A stretch of DNA of 64,000 bases, taken from positions 6,720 to 70,719 of the forward strand of contig JBCCZV010000003.1 in assembly GCA_039187085.1 (NCBI GenBank), in the 5' to 3' direction. The notes below the pieces were generated by a model that was given only the letters and a program-made list of their open reading frames with translations, ran no database searches and was not told the origin of the DNA. Position numbers and translations under genes: made by a program. Shown piece after piece: positions 55,947 to 64,000 of the stretch (its first letter is position 1; the number at the start of each line of letters is the position of its first letter). The DNA comes from Pseudomonadota bacterium (lineage in GTDB: Bacteria > Pseudomonadota > Gammaproteobacteria > Enterobacterales > JBCCZV01).

Positions 55947-56754
55947 GAAAAACTCCCATGTAACTTTGTTAAATCTCAATTTATTCAATGTTGCTCAAAG
56001 AAAACAGGCGCATTTAGCAGGTCTGTTCGCTATTTGTGTTTTTTTAGATGAAAAAAAACAACTAAACGGCAAAAACATGGGGAGTGTGAGCGCGCTCCAA
56101 AGAAGATTTCCAGGCATAGCAACTGATGATGCCAAGCGTGTTCTGCATTTATGTGAATCTCGATATGATTCAATACAAAAATTAACACAAAGGTTTTCAT
56201 CTCTTAATTCAATGGATGCTGAAGCTTTATTGGAAGTATTTAAAGAATTGCATATAGGTTTGTTTCCGCATCCCAAAACCAATGCGCTTATTCTTGCGGC
56301 GCGTGGAACAGCTTCAAGAAAAGATATTCAACAAAATGTGATGACGGCTTTGGGCGCTAAAGGTGAAAAATACCAATCTTTACAACAATTAGTTCCTTTG
56401 CTTAAAAAACATCAAATTTATGCTGATATCTACACAGGAACTTCACTCGGAGGGGGCATTGTGATGGCACTAGCTAACATGTTAGATGCTACGGAAGCTG
56501 TCGTTATCACTTTTGATGCCCAAAGGCTCAATCGCCGCCAATATCACTTCAGCCAATCTCATCAAAATGTCCAGGCGGTTCCTTGTATCGACTACCGCAT
56601 AGCTTCTGTTTTATCCTTGGGAGCCATTATGAGCAATCCCTTATTTAAGCAAGTCAAAACCCTTGCTATTCCAAAACATGCCGATACTTATAATCCGTTA
56701 AAACAATTAAAAATCAATCATTCGCCTGGGGAAATTACGCGATACCTCAAATAA
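55933..56754 (+). CDS. Orphan hypothetical protein with class-3-lipase-like motifs (putative serine hydrolase)
   Basis: LILAARGTASRKD is followed about 45 aa later by YTGTSLGGGIVMALA. That matches the RGT...GxSxGG spacing of lipase_3/DUF2974-type alpha/beta hydrolases. The start is uncertain: TTG 55933 overlaps dusA, and the first in-frame ATG is 56077, with no clear SD. Confidence 0.45.
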   Translation: MNLFKKNSHVTLLNLNLFNVAQRKQAHLAGLFAICVFLDEKKQLNGKNMGSVSALQRRFPGIATDDAKRVLHLCESRYDSIQKLTQRFSSLNSMDAEALLEVFKELHIGLFPHPKTNALILAARGTASRKDIQQNVMTALGAKGEKYQSLQQLVPLLKKHQIYADIYTGTSLGGGIVMALANMLDATEAVVITFDAQRLNRRQYHFSQSHQNVQAVPCIDYRIASVLSLGAIMSNPLFKQVKTLAIPKHADTYNPLKQLKINHSPGEITRYLK

Positions 56755-57048
56755 AAATCTCACAATATATCCTCCATTCAATGACCACACGGTTGGAATT
56801 CGTCAAAATTCCTAAAAACTGGTGAGTTTTCTTAAGTTGTGCCATCAATGAGTTATGTAGGAGTCATGAATTAAGCGTATTTTTAAAGCTTTAGCTGATA
56901 AAAAACAGGTTGGCATTCTTCTTGTAAGAATAAAGCTTGTTTTAGACCTTATGCCTATTGACACTGAATCATTTTTTTTCAATCGTAATGCTCTTATCTA
57001 AGAAAGTTGACTAACAAATGTAAAGCGCAACATTGACAGAGGTACAAT

Positions 57049-57528
57049 ATGATAAAGTTTTTGTTCACAATAGGTCTAATGGGTTGGGTACTAGAAGGTT
57101 CGTGGGTATTGGCGGAGACCAAAATGCCCAGCGAACAGCCTATACATTCATCCAACAACAATCAACAGAAGCTATCGCTCATTTTTGAGCAGGGCTTTGT
57201 CAGAGCTATGCCTCCAGGGAGCCCGACAACTGCTATATACGGTAAGTTAAGTAACACTACGAATCAAACAGTGGTTGTAACGGAAGTCTTGTATGATGGT
57301 GCTCATGCAATGTTTCATCAGACTTTGCATGAAGAGGGTATCGCAAAAATGCGGCATGTTTCCGAGATTCAATTACCGGCTAAGAGCTCAGTTGAATTCA
57401 TACCAAACGGCATGCACATCATGTTAATGGGAATGACGGAACAACCCAAGGTAGGGCACGAAGTTGCTATCACTTTAGTGAGTCAGGATGGTAAAAAATA
57501 TAACTTTAAAGTGCCAGTAAAAAAATAA
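57049..57528 (+). CDS. Periplasmic copper chaperone PCu(A)C (DUF461)
   Basis: It has a signal peptide, and I counted an exact H-X10-M-X21-H-X-M motif in FHQTLHEEGIAKMRHVSEIQLPAKSSVEFIPNGMHIMLMG. Confidence 0.85.
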   Translation: MIKFLFTIGLMGWVLEGSWVLAETKMPSEQPIHSSNNNQQKLSLIFEQGFVRAMPPGSPTTAIYGKLSNTTNQTVVVTEVLYDGAHAMFHQTLHEEGIAKMRHVSEIQLPAKSSVEFIPNGMHIMLMGMTEQPKVGHEVAITLVSQDGKKYNFKVPVKK

Positions 57529-57581
57529 CTTTGTTTTTTTATAGATAACTGAATAAAGAAAGCAATTAGGATGAATATGTA

Positions 57582-58592
57582 ATGAATGAAGTCAATAATC
57601 GTGGATATAAGCGCTTTTTAAAACCTGCACTAATCAGTTTTTTCTCTGTATTTTTTCTCTTTTATCTCATAGCCATTTTTTGGAGCATTGAGCCTGACGT
57701 CTTTGATGTCAGAACGGAACAAGCTTATCGCGTCAAGGAAAATGAACAAACTCTTGTGGTGGGTTATACCACCATCAATACCTTAATTCGCATAGCTGAT
57801 GAGTTATTAACAAAATCAGGCGGTTTTATCAGTAATGATGTGGTACCTCCCGGAGTGTTTATGGATAACATGCCCGGTTGGGAGCTTGGTGTTCTCACAC
57901 AAGTGCGCGATATGGCTCGTGTCCTGCGTAAGGATATGAGTCGTTCACAGTCGCAATCGGTTGAACAGGATGATTTAAAAGAAGTGCAACCCAAGTTTAA
58001 TATTGACCGCAACAAGTGGATGTTTCCTTCAGCTGAAAATGAGTATCGTGAAGGCATTGAGGGTTTAGAAAATTATTTACAAAAGTTAGCAGATAGCACC
58101 GATCCCAATACGCAGTTTTACGCGCGAGCTGACAATCTTCGTGAGTGGCTACGTGATGTTGAAAAACAACTGGGCAGCTTATCACAGCGATTGGCAGCAA
58201 GTGTCGGGCAAGAGCGTATCAACGTTGATTTGGCCGGTGAAGCAGCAGCGACTCAATCTACTCGAACTTTAACAGAGATTTCTGTGAAAACACCTTGGTG
58301 GGAAATTGATGATGTTTTCTATGAGGCCAGAGGTGCTTGTTGGGCTTTAATTCATTTGTTACGTGCTATTGATATTGATTTTGCTGAGACTCTTGATAAA
58401 AAAAATGCAGCTACAAGCTTACGACAAATCATACGAGAGTTAGAAGCAACACAACAAACGGTATGGAGTCCAATGATCTTAAATGGTAGTGGTTTTGGAC
58501 TTTTTGCTAATCACTCATTGGTGATGGCATCCTATATTTCTCGTGCAAATGCCGGGGTTATTGATTTGCGCGAATTACTCGGCCAAGGCTAA
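57582..58592 (+). CDS. Membrane-anchored conserved hypothetical protein (resembles the DUF2333 family, from memory)
   Basis: 336 aa with a single N-terminal TM helix (LISFFSVFFLFYLIAIFW) followed by SIEPDVFDV. An AGGA lies upstream of the ATG. The family assignment is unverified. Confidence 0.5.
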   Translation: MNEVNNRGYKRFLKPALISFFSVFFLFYLIAIFWSIEPDVFDVRTEQAYRVKENEQTLVVGYTTINTLIRIADELLTKSGGFISNDVVPPGVFMDNMPGWELGVLTQVRDMARVLRKDMSRSQSQSVEQDDLKEVQPKFNIDRNKWMFPSAENEYREGIEGLENYLQKLADSTDPNTQFYARADNLREWLRDVEKQLGSLSQRLAASVGQERINVDLAGEAAATQSTRTLTEISVKTPWWEIDDVFYEARGACWALIHLLRAIDIDFAETLDKKNAATSLRQIIRELEATQQTVWSPMILNGSGFGLFANHSLVMASYISRANAGVIDLRELLGQG

Positions 58593-58614
58593 AACATATA
58601 AAGAGGAAAACATA

Positions 58615-59451
58615 ATGAAAGCACACTTAAATTTTTGGATAACTTTATTCACGAGCTTCCTACCATTATCGTTAGTAGCTGGAGAATCTGTTAATCAAAG
58701 TCTTGATACGAAAGACATTGAAAAAGTCGAAATTAGCGTAGTGCGTGGTGAAGTGACCGTGCAAGGTAATACCTCTTCAACTGTGCAAGTTCGCGGCGAG
58801 TTGGATGATGCATTAAAAACATTTATTTTTGAAAAGCGCGATAATCGTTTAGTGATTAAGGTTGAATTGAAAAAAAATTCTGATCGTTATGGAAAAGGTT
58901 CGAAACTCACTATTAGTATGCCGGAAGCATTAGCTTTAGCTTACAATGGTGTTTCTACTTATTTAAAAGTGAATAACATAAAAAATGATACCAAAATTAA
59001 TTCCGTCAGTGACCAACTAGAACTTGAAAATATTATATCTCCAGAATTTAAGCTAGCTAATGTGAGTGGAAACATTGCTCTTAAAAACTCGAAGATTGCC
59101 CATGCAAAGATTTCGACCGTTTCTGGCGATGGTAATTTTGAATTAGGACAGTGGAAAAAACTAAATTTAAGTAGTGTGTCAGGTGATGTTTTGATAACAG
59201 GTAATGTCTCTGGTGATGAAAGTTCAAAGATATCATCAGTGAGTGGCGATATCGAGCTCAGTTTGGCACCGGAATCCAATGTAAAAATGTTATTAAACTC
59301 AGGGCCTAGTGGAACGATTGATAATCAATTGAGTCGCGATGCTCGTTTCACCAGAAAAACTGGCAAATCGGTAGAACTCGTCATGGGAGAAGGGGACGCT
59401 AAGTTGAAAGGTTCTACAGTCAGCGGCCATTTAAAGTTGTCACGTCTTTGA
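58615..59451 (+). CDS. Secreted DUF4097-like repeat protein (putative beta-helical 'adhesin-like' fold)
   Basis: ATG 58615 sits behind AAGAGGA. The signal peptide is MKAHLNFWITLFTSFLPLSLVAGE. There are five or more repeats of the x-VSG-(D/N/H) type (ANVSGNIAL, STVSGDGNF, SSVSGDVLI, SSVSGDIEL, STVSGHLKL). It starts 22 nt after the previous gene. Confidence 0.6.
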   Translation: MKAHLNFWITLFTSFLPLSLVAGESVNQSLDTKDIEKVEISVVRGEVTVQGNTSSTVQVRGELDDALKTFIFEKRDNRLVIKVELKKNSDRYGKGSKLTISMPEALALAYNGVSTYLKVNNIKNDTKINSVSDQLELENIISPEFKLANVSGNIALKNSKIAHAKISTVSGDGNFELGQWKKLNLSSVSGDVLITGNVSGDESSKISSVSGDIELSLAPESNVKMLLNSGPSGTIDNQLSRDARFTRKTGKSVELVMGEGDAKLKGSTVSGHLKLSRL

Positions 59452-59452
59452 T

Positions 59453-59505
59453 AAGAATTGCTGTTGTCACTTTCTTTCTACAATTGTAATGACAACAGCA
59501 TTCTT
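59453..59505. terminator. Long hairpin between the convergent DUF4097-like gene and ppa (likely bidirectional terminator)
   Basis: 59453-59469 pairs with 59490-59505, giving 16 bp with one bulged T. The core pairs GCTGTTGTCA with TGACAACAGC. The hairpin starts 2 nt after the stop codon and has no strong U-tract. Confidence 0.5.
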
Positions 59506-59535
59506 AGTTGGGTTAATCTAGAGCGGCGTGATTGA

Positions 59536-60063
59536 TTAGCCGTTAAAGCGCGCTACGCTAGCTTCGATTTCCGCTTTCGCTTCATCTGCATTAGCCCAAC
59601 CTTCAACTTTGACCCATTTATTAGGCTCAAGATCTTTGTAATGCTCGAAGAAGTGAGAAATTTGATCTAATAACAATTGCGGTAAATCAGTTACTTCTTT
59701 GACATGACGATAGTTAGGTGTCAGCTTATCAACAGGTACAGCAACAATTTTTGCATCAACGCCTGATTCATCAGTCATTTTAAGAACGCCAACTGGGCGA
59801 CATCGGATAACTGAGCCCGCATGAAGAGGGAAGGGGGTTGGCACAAGAACGTCAACGGGATCACCGTCTTCAGATAGTGTGGCGGGGACATAGCCATAGT
59901 TGGTCGGATAATGCATGCAAGTTGACATAAAACGATCGACAAATAATGCGCCGGATTCTTTATCCACTTCGTACTTGACGGGCTCGCTGTGGGCCGGGAT
60001 TTCGATGACTACATTGACCTCTTCCGGGATATTTTTGCCGGCTGGTACTGTGCTTAAGCTCAT
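59536..60063 (-). CDS. ppa: Inorganic pyrophosphatase (family I)
   Basis: From ATG 60063, [24 protein letters not shown]...[17 protein letters not shown]...[18 protein letters not shown]...[18 protein letters not shown] aligns along the whole length with E. coli PPase. The 22 extra codons of the longest ORF are rejected. Confidence 0.95.
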   Translation of the reverse strand: MSLSTVPAGKNIPEEVNVVIEIPAHSEPVKYEVDKESGALFVDRFMSTCMHYPTNYGYVPATLSEDGDPVDVLVPTPFPLHAGSVIRCRPVGVLKMTDESGVDAKIVAVPVDKLTPNYRHVKEVTDLPQLLLDQISHFFEHYKDLEPNKWVKVEGWANADEAKAEIEASVARFNG

Positions 60064-60363
60064 AAGGCTGCTCACTCTTCCAATAATTAAACTCGAATAT
60101 AAAATAGACCAAATTGAGCACAAATTCATCGATGATGTATTTTATGCCAATTATTTATCAAAAACCCTTGCATTATACTGGGGGCTTTTTTAAAAGAAAA
60201 CATCAATGCCTGTGTAAGGAAATGAGTCCAGCATAATACGCTAGTCATTGTGCTGGAAATTTTAAAAAATAGTCGATGGTGCTGGCCCAAAAAGATATTG
60301 CATTCAAATGGGGCAGTAGATGGAAGGCAGGAAGCCCTCAGCAACTACAAAGGTTGAAAAGGT

Positions 60364-61635
60364 CTAAACTTTGAAAGTGTCCTTTGTTTTCTTATCAACC
60401 AATTGATTTTTCAGTTTTTGGTATTGAGGTAACCCCTTTTTATAAGGTGGATAGTCTTCACCTTGAATCAAGGGTTGCAAATAGTCCCTACAGGCTTCAG
60501 TAATGCCAAATCCATCCTTCGAAATAAATTTCTTTGGCATCATTTTTTCAACATTTGCGACGTCAGCAAGTTTAGCTTCGCCAATTTCCCATTTGTAGGT
60601 TTTGGTTTTTTTCCGCACGATAGTGGGCATGACAGCAGTTTTACCGGCTAAAGCAAACTCAACGGCTGCTTTGCCCATAGCATAAGCTTGCTCAACATCA
60701 GTAGCAGAAGCAATATGTCTTGCTGCGCGTTGCAAGTAATCGGCCACAGCCCAATGATATTTGTAACCCAATTCTTTTTTAATCATAGAAGCAATAACGG
60801 GTGCAACACCGCCCAGCTGTGCGTGACCAAAAGCATCAGTTCCTCCGGCTTCGGCTAAAAATTTACCATCTTTATAGCGCGCTCCCTCAGACACAACAAT
60901 GGCACAATAGCCATATTTATCCACAGATTGTTTGACTTTCTTCATAAACTTTTTTTCATTAAAAGCGACTTCAGGAAAAAGAATGATGTGTGGGGCATCG
61001 CCTTCATTCTCTGCAGCCAGGCCACCAGCTGCTGCAATCCAACCTGCATGTCGGCCCATGACTTCCATGACAAAAACTTTGGTTGATGAATCACACATGG
61101 ATTGGACATCGTAACCAGCTTCGCGAATCGATACGGCTACGTACTTAGCAACAGAACCGAATCCAGGACAGTTATCGGTTATAGGAAGGTCGTTATCAAC
61201 CGTTTTGGGTATGCCAATACAAGTAATAGGAAAATCGAGTTTTTCACTGATTTGTGAAATCTTGTGTGCAGTATCCATTGAGTCGCCACCGCCATTGTAA
61301 AAAAAATAACGGATATTATGGGCTTTAAAAACTTCGATAAGTCTTTCGTACTCTGCTTGGTTATTTTCAAGCGATTTTAATTTATAACGGCAAGAGCCAA
61401 AAGCGCCGGAAGGTGTATGTCTTAATGCTGCGATCGCTTTAGCAGACTCTTTGCTTGTATCGATCAGTTCCTCACGAAGAGCACCAATGATGCCGTTTTT
61501 ACCCGCAAAAACTTTTTTAATCACGGCTTTATTTTGGCGGGCGGTTTCAATAACGCCGCAAGCGGACGCGTTGATAACGGCTGTAACACCACCAGATTGT
61601 GCGTAAAAAGCATTGCCTTTGGGCATTTTGGACAT
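60364..61635 (-). CDS. 6-phosphofructokinase, long (about 420-aa) clade; signature residues suggest a pyrophosphate-dependent enzyme
   Basis: ATG 61635 lies 7 nt behind AGGAG. It has NAFYAQSGGVTAVINAS, NGGGDSMD (Asp where ATP-PFKs have Gly104), IGIPKTVDNDL (Lys where ATP-PFKs have Gly124) and MGRHAGW. Confidence 0.85.
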   Translation of the reverse strand: MSKMPKGNAFYAQSGGVTAVINASACGVIETARQNKAVIKKVFAGKNGIIGALREELIDTSKESAKAIAALRHTPSGAFGSCRYKLKSLENNQAEYERLIEVFKAHNIRYFFYNGGGDSMDTAHKISQISEKLDFPITCIGIPKTVDNDLPITDNCPGFGSVAKYVAVSIREAGYDVQSMCDSSTKVFVMEVMGRHAGWIAAAGGLAAENEGDAPHIILFPEVAFNEKKFMKKVKQSVDKYGYCAIVVSEGARYKDGKFLAEAGGTDAFGHAQLGGVAPVIASMIKKELGYKYHWAVADYLQRAARHIASATDVEQAYAMGKAAVEFALAGKTAVMPTIVRKKTKTYKWEIGEAKLADVANVEKMMPKKFISKDGFGITEACRDYLQPLIQGEDYPPYKKGLPQYQKLKNQLVDKKTKDTFKV

Positions 61636-61907
61636 AAAAAAGCTCCTGTAAGATTTAAGCATGACAAAGTGTAAGAGTTGCTGCGAATCATACACGAATT
61701 AAAAGCATTACTAAATGTATAGGAGAATGACCTATAGAAAAGCAAATTGAAGGAAGCATTACCAAAGATGAAGACTCGTTAATTGTAACCAAGTGTGAAA
61801 TGCCAGAGGAGTCGGCACCCAAAAGCCGACACTTGGTGTAATTATCACTATAATTCAGTTCAGAATCGAGTATGATAGGCGCGCATATTAATAATAGGTA
61901 AGTTGTT

Positions 61908-63269
61908 ATGGACGTACATATTTTGGGCATTTGTGGAACCTTTATGGGCGGCATTGCTATCATGGCAAAGCGCTTGGGTTTCAATGTGAGCGGATGCGAC
62001 GAAAATGTTTATCCGCCAATGAGTACTCAGTTGGAAGAACAAGGAATTACACTGATTGAAGGTTATGATCCTGCGCAATTAGAGCCTGCACCCGATTTGG
62101 TCATTATTGGTAATGCGTTATCTCGTGGTAATCCAGCTGTGGAATATGTGTTGGATCGCGGTTTACCTTATATGAGTGGCCCGCAATGGTTAGCTGAACA
62201 TGTGCTATCGAAAAGTTGGGTCGTAGCGGTAGCTGGAACACATGGCAAAACGACTACAGCTTCCATGATTGCTTGGATTTTGCAGCATGCGGGGCTCAAC
62301 CCGAGCTTTTTGATTGGAGGTGTGCCACTAAATTTAGGTATTTCTGCCAAAGTTTCTGAGTCTCCTTTTTTTGTCATTGAAGCGGATGAATATGACACAG
62401 CATTTTTTGATAAGCGTTCGAAATTTGTTCACTATCACCCACGTACCACTTTACTTAATAATCTCGAGTTTGACCATGCAGATATTTTTCCTGATTTAGA
62501 GGCGATCAAAACACAATTTCATCATTTATTGCGAATCGTACCCAGTAACGGACTTATTATTCGACCTGAGCAAGATACGAATTTAGATGATGTTTTAGAA
62601 AAAGGCGTTTGGTCACCAATACAAACTTTTGGTCAGGAAGGAACTTTACGTTATCAAAATGCAACAGCCGATTTTTCGGCTTTCGATGTGTACTATGGTG
62701 AGCAGCTTCAGGGTCGTATTGAATGGTCACAAGTTGGTGAGCATAATGCTAAAAATGCTCTAGCAGCGATAGCAGCAGCAAAACATTGTGGTGTAAAAGG
62801 TTCTCACTCTATAGACGCGCTCAATGCTTTTTTAGGCGTCAAACGCCGTTTGGAAATTTTAGATACGTTTAAGGGTATTACTATTTATGATGATTTCGCT
62901 CATCATCCTACAGCTATTAAAGCTACGCTGGCTGGTTTGCGAGCGAGTGTTGGTAATGAACAAAGAATCATTGCTGTGCTCGATCCGAGATCCAACACCA
63001 TGAAAATGGGCGTACATAAAGAAGATTTGGTCGAAGCTTTAAATCTCGCAGATAAGGTCATTATCCACGATGCTGAATCTTTGCTGTGGTCAGTGCAAGC
63101 GGTTTTTGAATCATCGTCAATCGATTGGAAGGCTATCGAACTGACCGAGCAGATTGTCGAGCACTTAATGACAACAGTGCGAAAAGGTGATCACCTTCTG
63201 TTGATGAGCAATGGAGGCTTCGATGGTCTTTACAACAAACTGTTAGAAAAAATAAAAGCAAAACCATGA
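61908..63269 (+). CDS. mpl: UDP-N-acetylmuramate:L-alanyl-gamma-D-glutamyl-meso-DAP ligase (murein peptide recycling)
   Basis: It starts [39 protein letters not shown] and has the P-loop [10 protein letters not shown] plus [10 protein letters not shown]. Confidence 0.93.
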   Translation: MDVHILGICGTFMGGIAIMAKRLGFNVSGCDENVYPPMSTQLEEQGITLIEGYDPAQLEPAPDLVIIGNALSRGNPAVEYVLDRGLPYMSGPQWLAEHVLSKSWVVAVAGTHGKTTTASMIAWILQHAGLNPSFLIGGVPLNLGISAKVSESPFFVIEADEYDTAFFDKRSKFVHYHPRTTLLNNLEFDHADIFPDLEAIKTQFHHLLRIVPSNGLIIRPEQDTNLDDVLEKGVWSPIQTFGQEGTLRYQNATADFSAFDVYYGEQLQGRIEWSQVGEHNAKNALAAIAAAKHCGVKGSHSIDALNAFLGVKRRLEILDTFKGITIYDDFAHHPTAIKATLAGLRASVGNEQRIIAVLDPRSNTMKMGVHKEDLVEALNLADKVIIHDAESLLWSVQAVFESSSIDWKAIELTEQIVEHLMTTVRKGDHLLLMSNGGFDGLYNKLLEKIKAKP

Positions 63270-63898
63270 AACCTTATCGTGATGATGTCACTCTAGCTGT
63301 GACGGGTGCTTCAGGAGCACCTTATGCTTTGAGCTTGATCAAAGCCTTACTCGAAGCCGACCGAGGCGTTCATTTAATGATTTCTGACGCTGCTCGCGTT
63401 GTATTGGCTACAGAGTCCGAGTTGCAGTTACCCGCTGCACCAAAAACCATCAAAGAAAAGTTATCGCATTTTTTACAAGTTCCTACAGAAAAATTATACG
63501 TGTATACCAAAGACAACTGGATGTCGCCAGTAGCGAGTGGGTCATCTTCACCACGAAGTATGGTGGTTTGTCCATGTAGTACAGGCACTTTAGCGGCGAT
63601 TCGCTCGGGTACAAGTGATAACCTCATCGAACGGGCTGCTGATGTTGTTTTAAAAGAGCGTGGTAAACTGATATTAGTGCCGAGAGAAACGCCGTTTTCA
63701 ACCATCCATTTAGAAAATTGTTATCAATTATCTTTGGCTGGGGCGGTGATATTACCAGCGATGCCTGGTTTCTATCACAACCCGCAAAGTGTCGACGATT
63801 TAATCCATTTTGTAGTGGCCAGAATTTTAGAGCAACTGGGTATTTCTCAGTCGCTTATCGCTCCTTGGGGCTATTCTCAGAATACGAATGTTTCGTAA
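63266..63898 (+). CDS. ubiX: Flavin prenyltransferase UbiX
   Basis: 210 aa with [31 protein letters not shown] and VPRETP. It overlaps the mpl stop (ATGA). Confidence 0.93.
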   Translation: MKPYRDDVTLAVTGASGAPYALSLIKALLEADRGVHLMISDAARVVLATESELQLPAAPKTIKEKLSHFLQVPTEKLYVYTKDNWMSPVASGSSSPRSMVVCPCSTGTLAAIRSGTSDNLIERAADVVLKERGKLILVPRETPFSTIHLENCYQLSLAGAVILPAMPGFYHNPQSVDDLIHFVVARILEQLGISQSLIAPWGYSQNTNVS

Positions 63899-64000
63899 AT
63901 ACGTCAAACCATTTCGCATTAGGGTAGGCTTGCAAAAATTGACTCTCCAGTACGTCAATCTTCTCGATATGCTGGCATAAATCACTTGCTTGTCGCTCAA

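Noticed and set aside
56911-56926. This is a sigma-54-like -24/-12 element, TGGCAT-N5-TTGT, upstream of the PCu(A)C gene.
   Set aside because: The -12 element lacks the invariant GC (TTGT instead of TTGC). No enhancer-binding-protein gene is nearby. The same bases form a small inverted repeat (ATTCTT/AAGAAT), which explains the pattern.
63855-64000. This is an open reading frame on the minus strand running from the window edge to TAA (complement of 63855-63857). It reads …[38 protein letters not shown] and overlaps the ubiX 3' end by 44 nt.
   Set aside because: Only 48 codons are visible and I recognise no motif. It may be the genuine 3' end of a convergent gene, but that cannot be supported from this fragment.

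Overview
This is a densely coding chromosomal segment from a low-GC gammaproteobacterium; the species cannot be assigned from the sequence alone. I call about 55 CDS. By eye I found no rRNA, tRNA, CRISPR array, transposase, integrase or phage genes.

Most of the window is a conserved housekeeping backbone: truB'-rpsO-pnp; serB; epmB/efp-epmA; psd; motAB; rsgA; orn; queG/nnr-tsaE-amiB-mutL-miaA-hfq-hflX-hflK-hflC-purA-rnr-rlmB; rpsF-rpsR-rplI-dnaB-alr; dusA; ppa; mpl-ubiX. From memory, this order matches the E. coli 94-95 min region and the Pseudomonas PA4930-PA4960 region.

Signalling and accessory genes are interleaved in this backbone:
- A membrane class III (IIIb-like) nucleotide cyclase is translationally coupled to a coiled-coil/TPR protein.
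- A FimX-like REC-PAS-GGDEF-EAL protein with degenerate motifs sits next to a 640-aa protein that has a cryptic PilZ-like C-terminus.
- An AT-rich three-gene module at 21.2-25.8 kb encodes two secreted binding-protein-like genes plus a transmembrane HAMP-GAF sensor fused to a CheA-type Hpt-P3-P4 kinase core. It has no CheW domain, response regulator or ABC transporter nearby.
- A 1373-aa hybrid kinase with a 14-blade periplasmic propeller is wedged between rlmB and rpsF.
- Smaller items are an orphan class-3-lipase-like gene, a PCuAC/DUF2333-like/DUF4097-like cluster, an ACT-fused malic enzyme, and a PFK with a PPi-dependent signature beside ppa.

The binding-protein/CheA-core module is the best candidate for an undescribed system. 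The clearest RNA-level signal is a continuous 25-bp hairpin in an unusually long rpsO-pnp spacer. All domain calls come from motif reading by eye; no searches were run.
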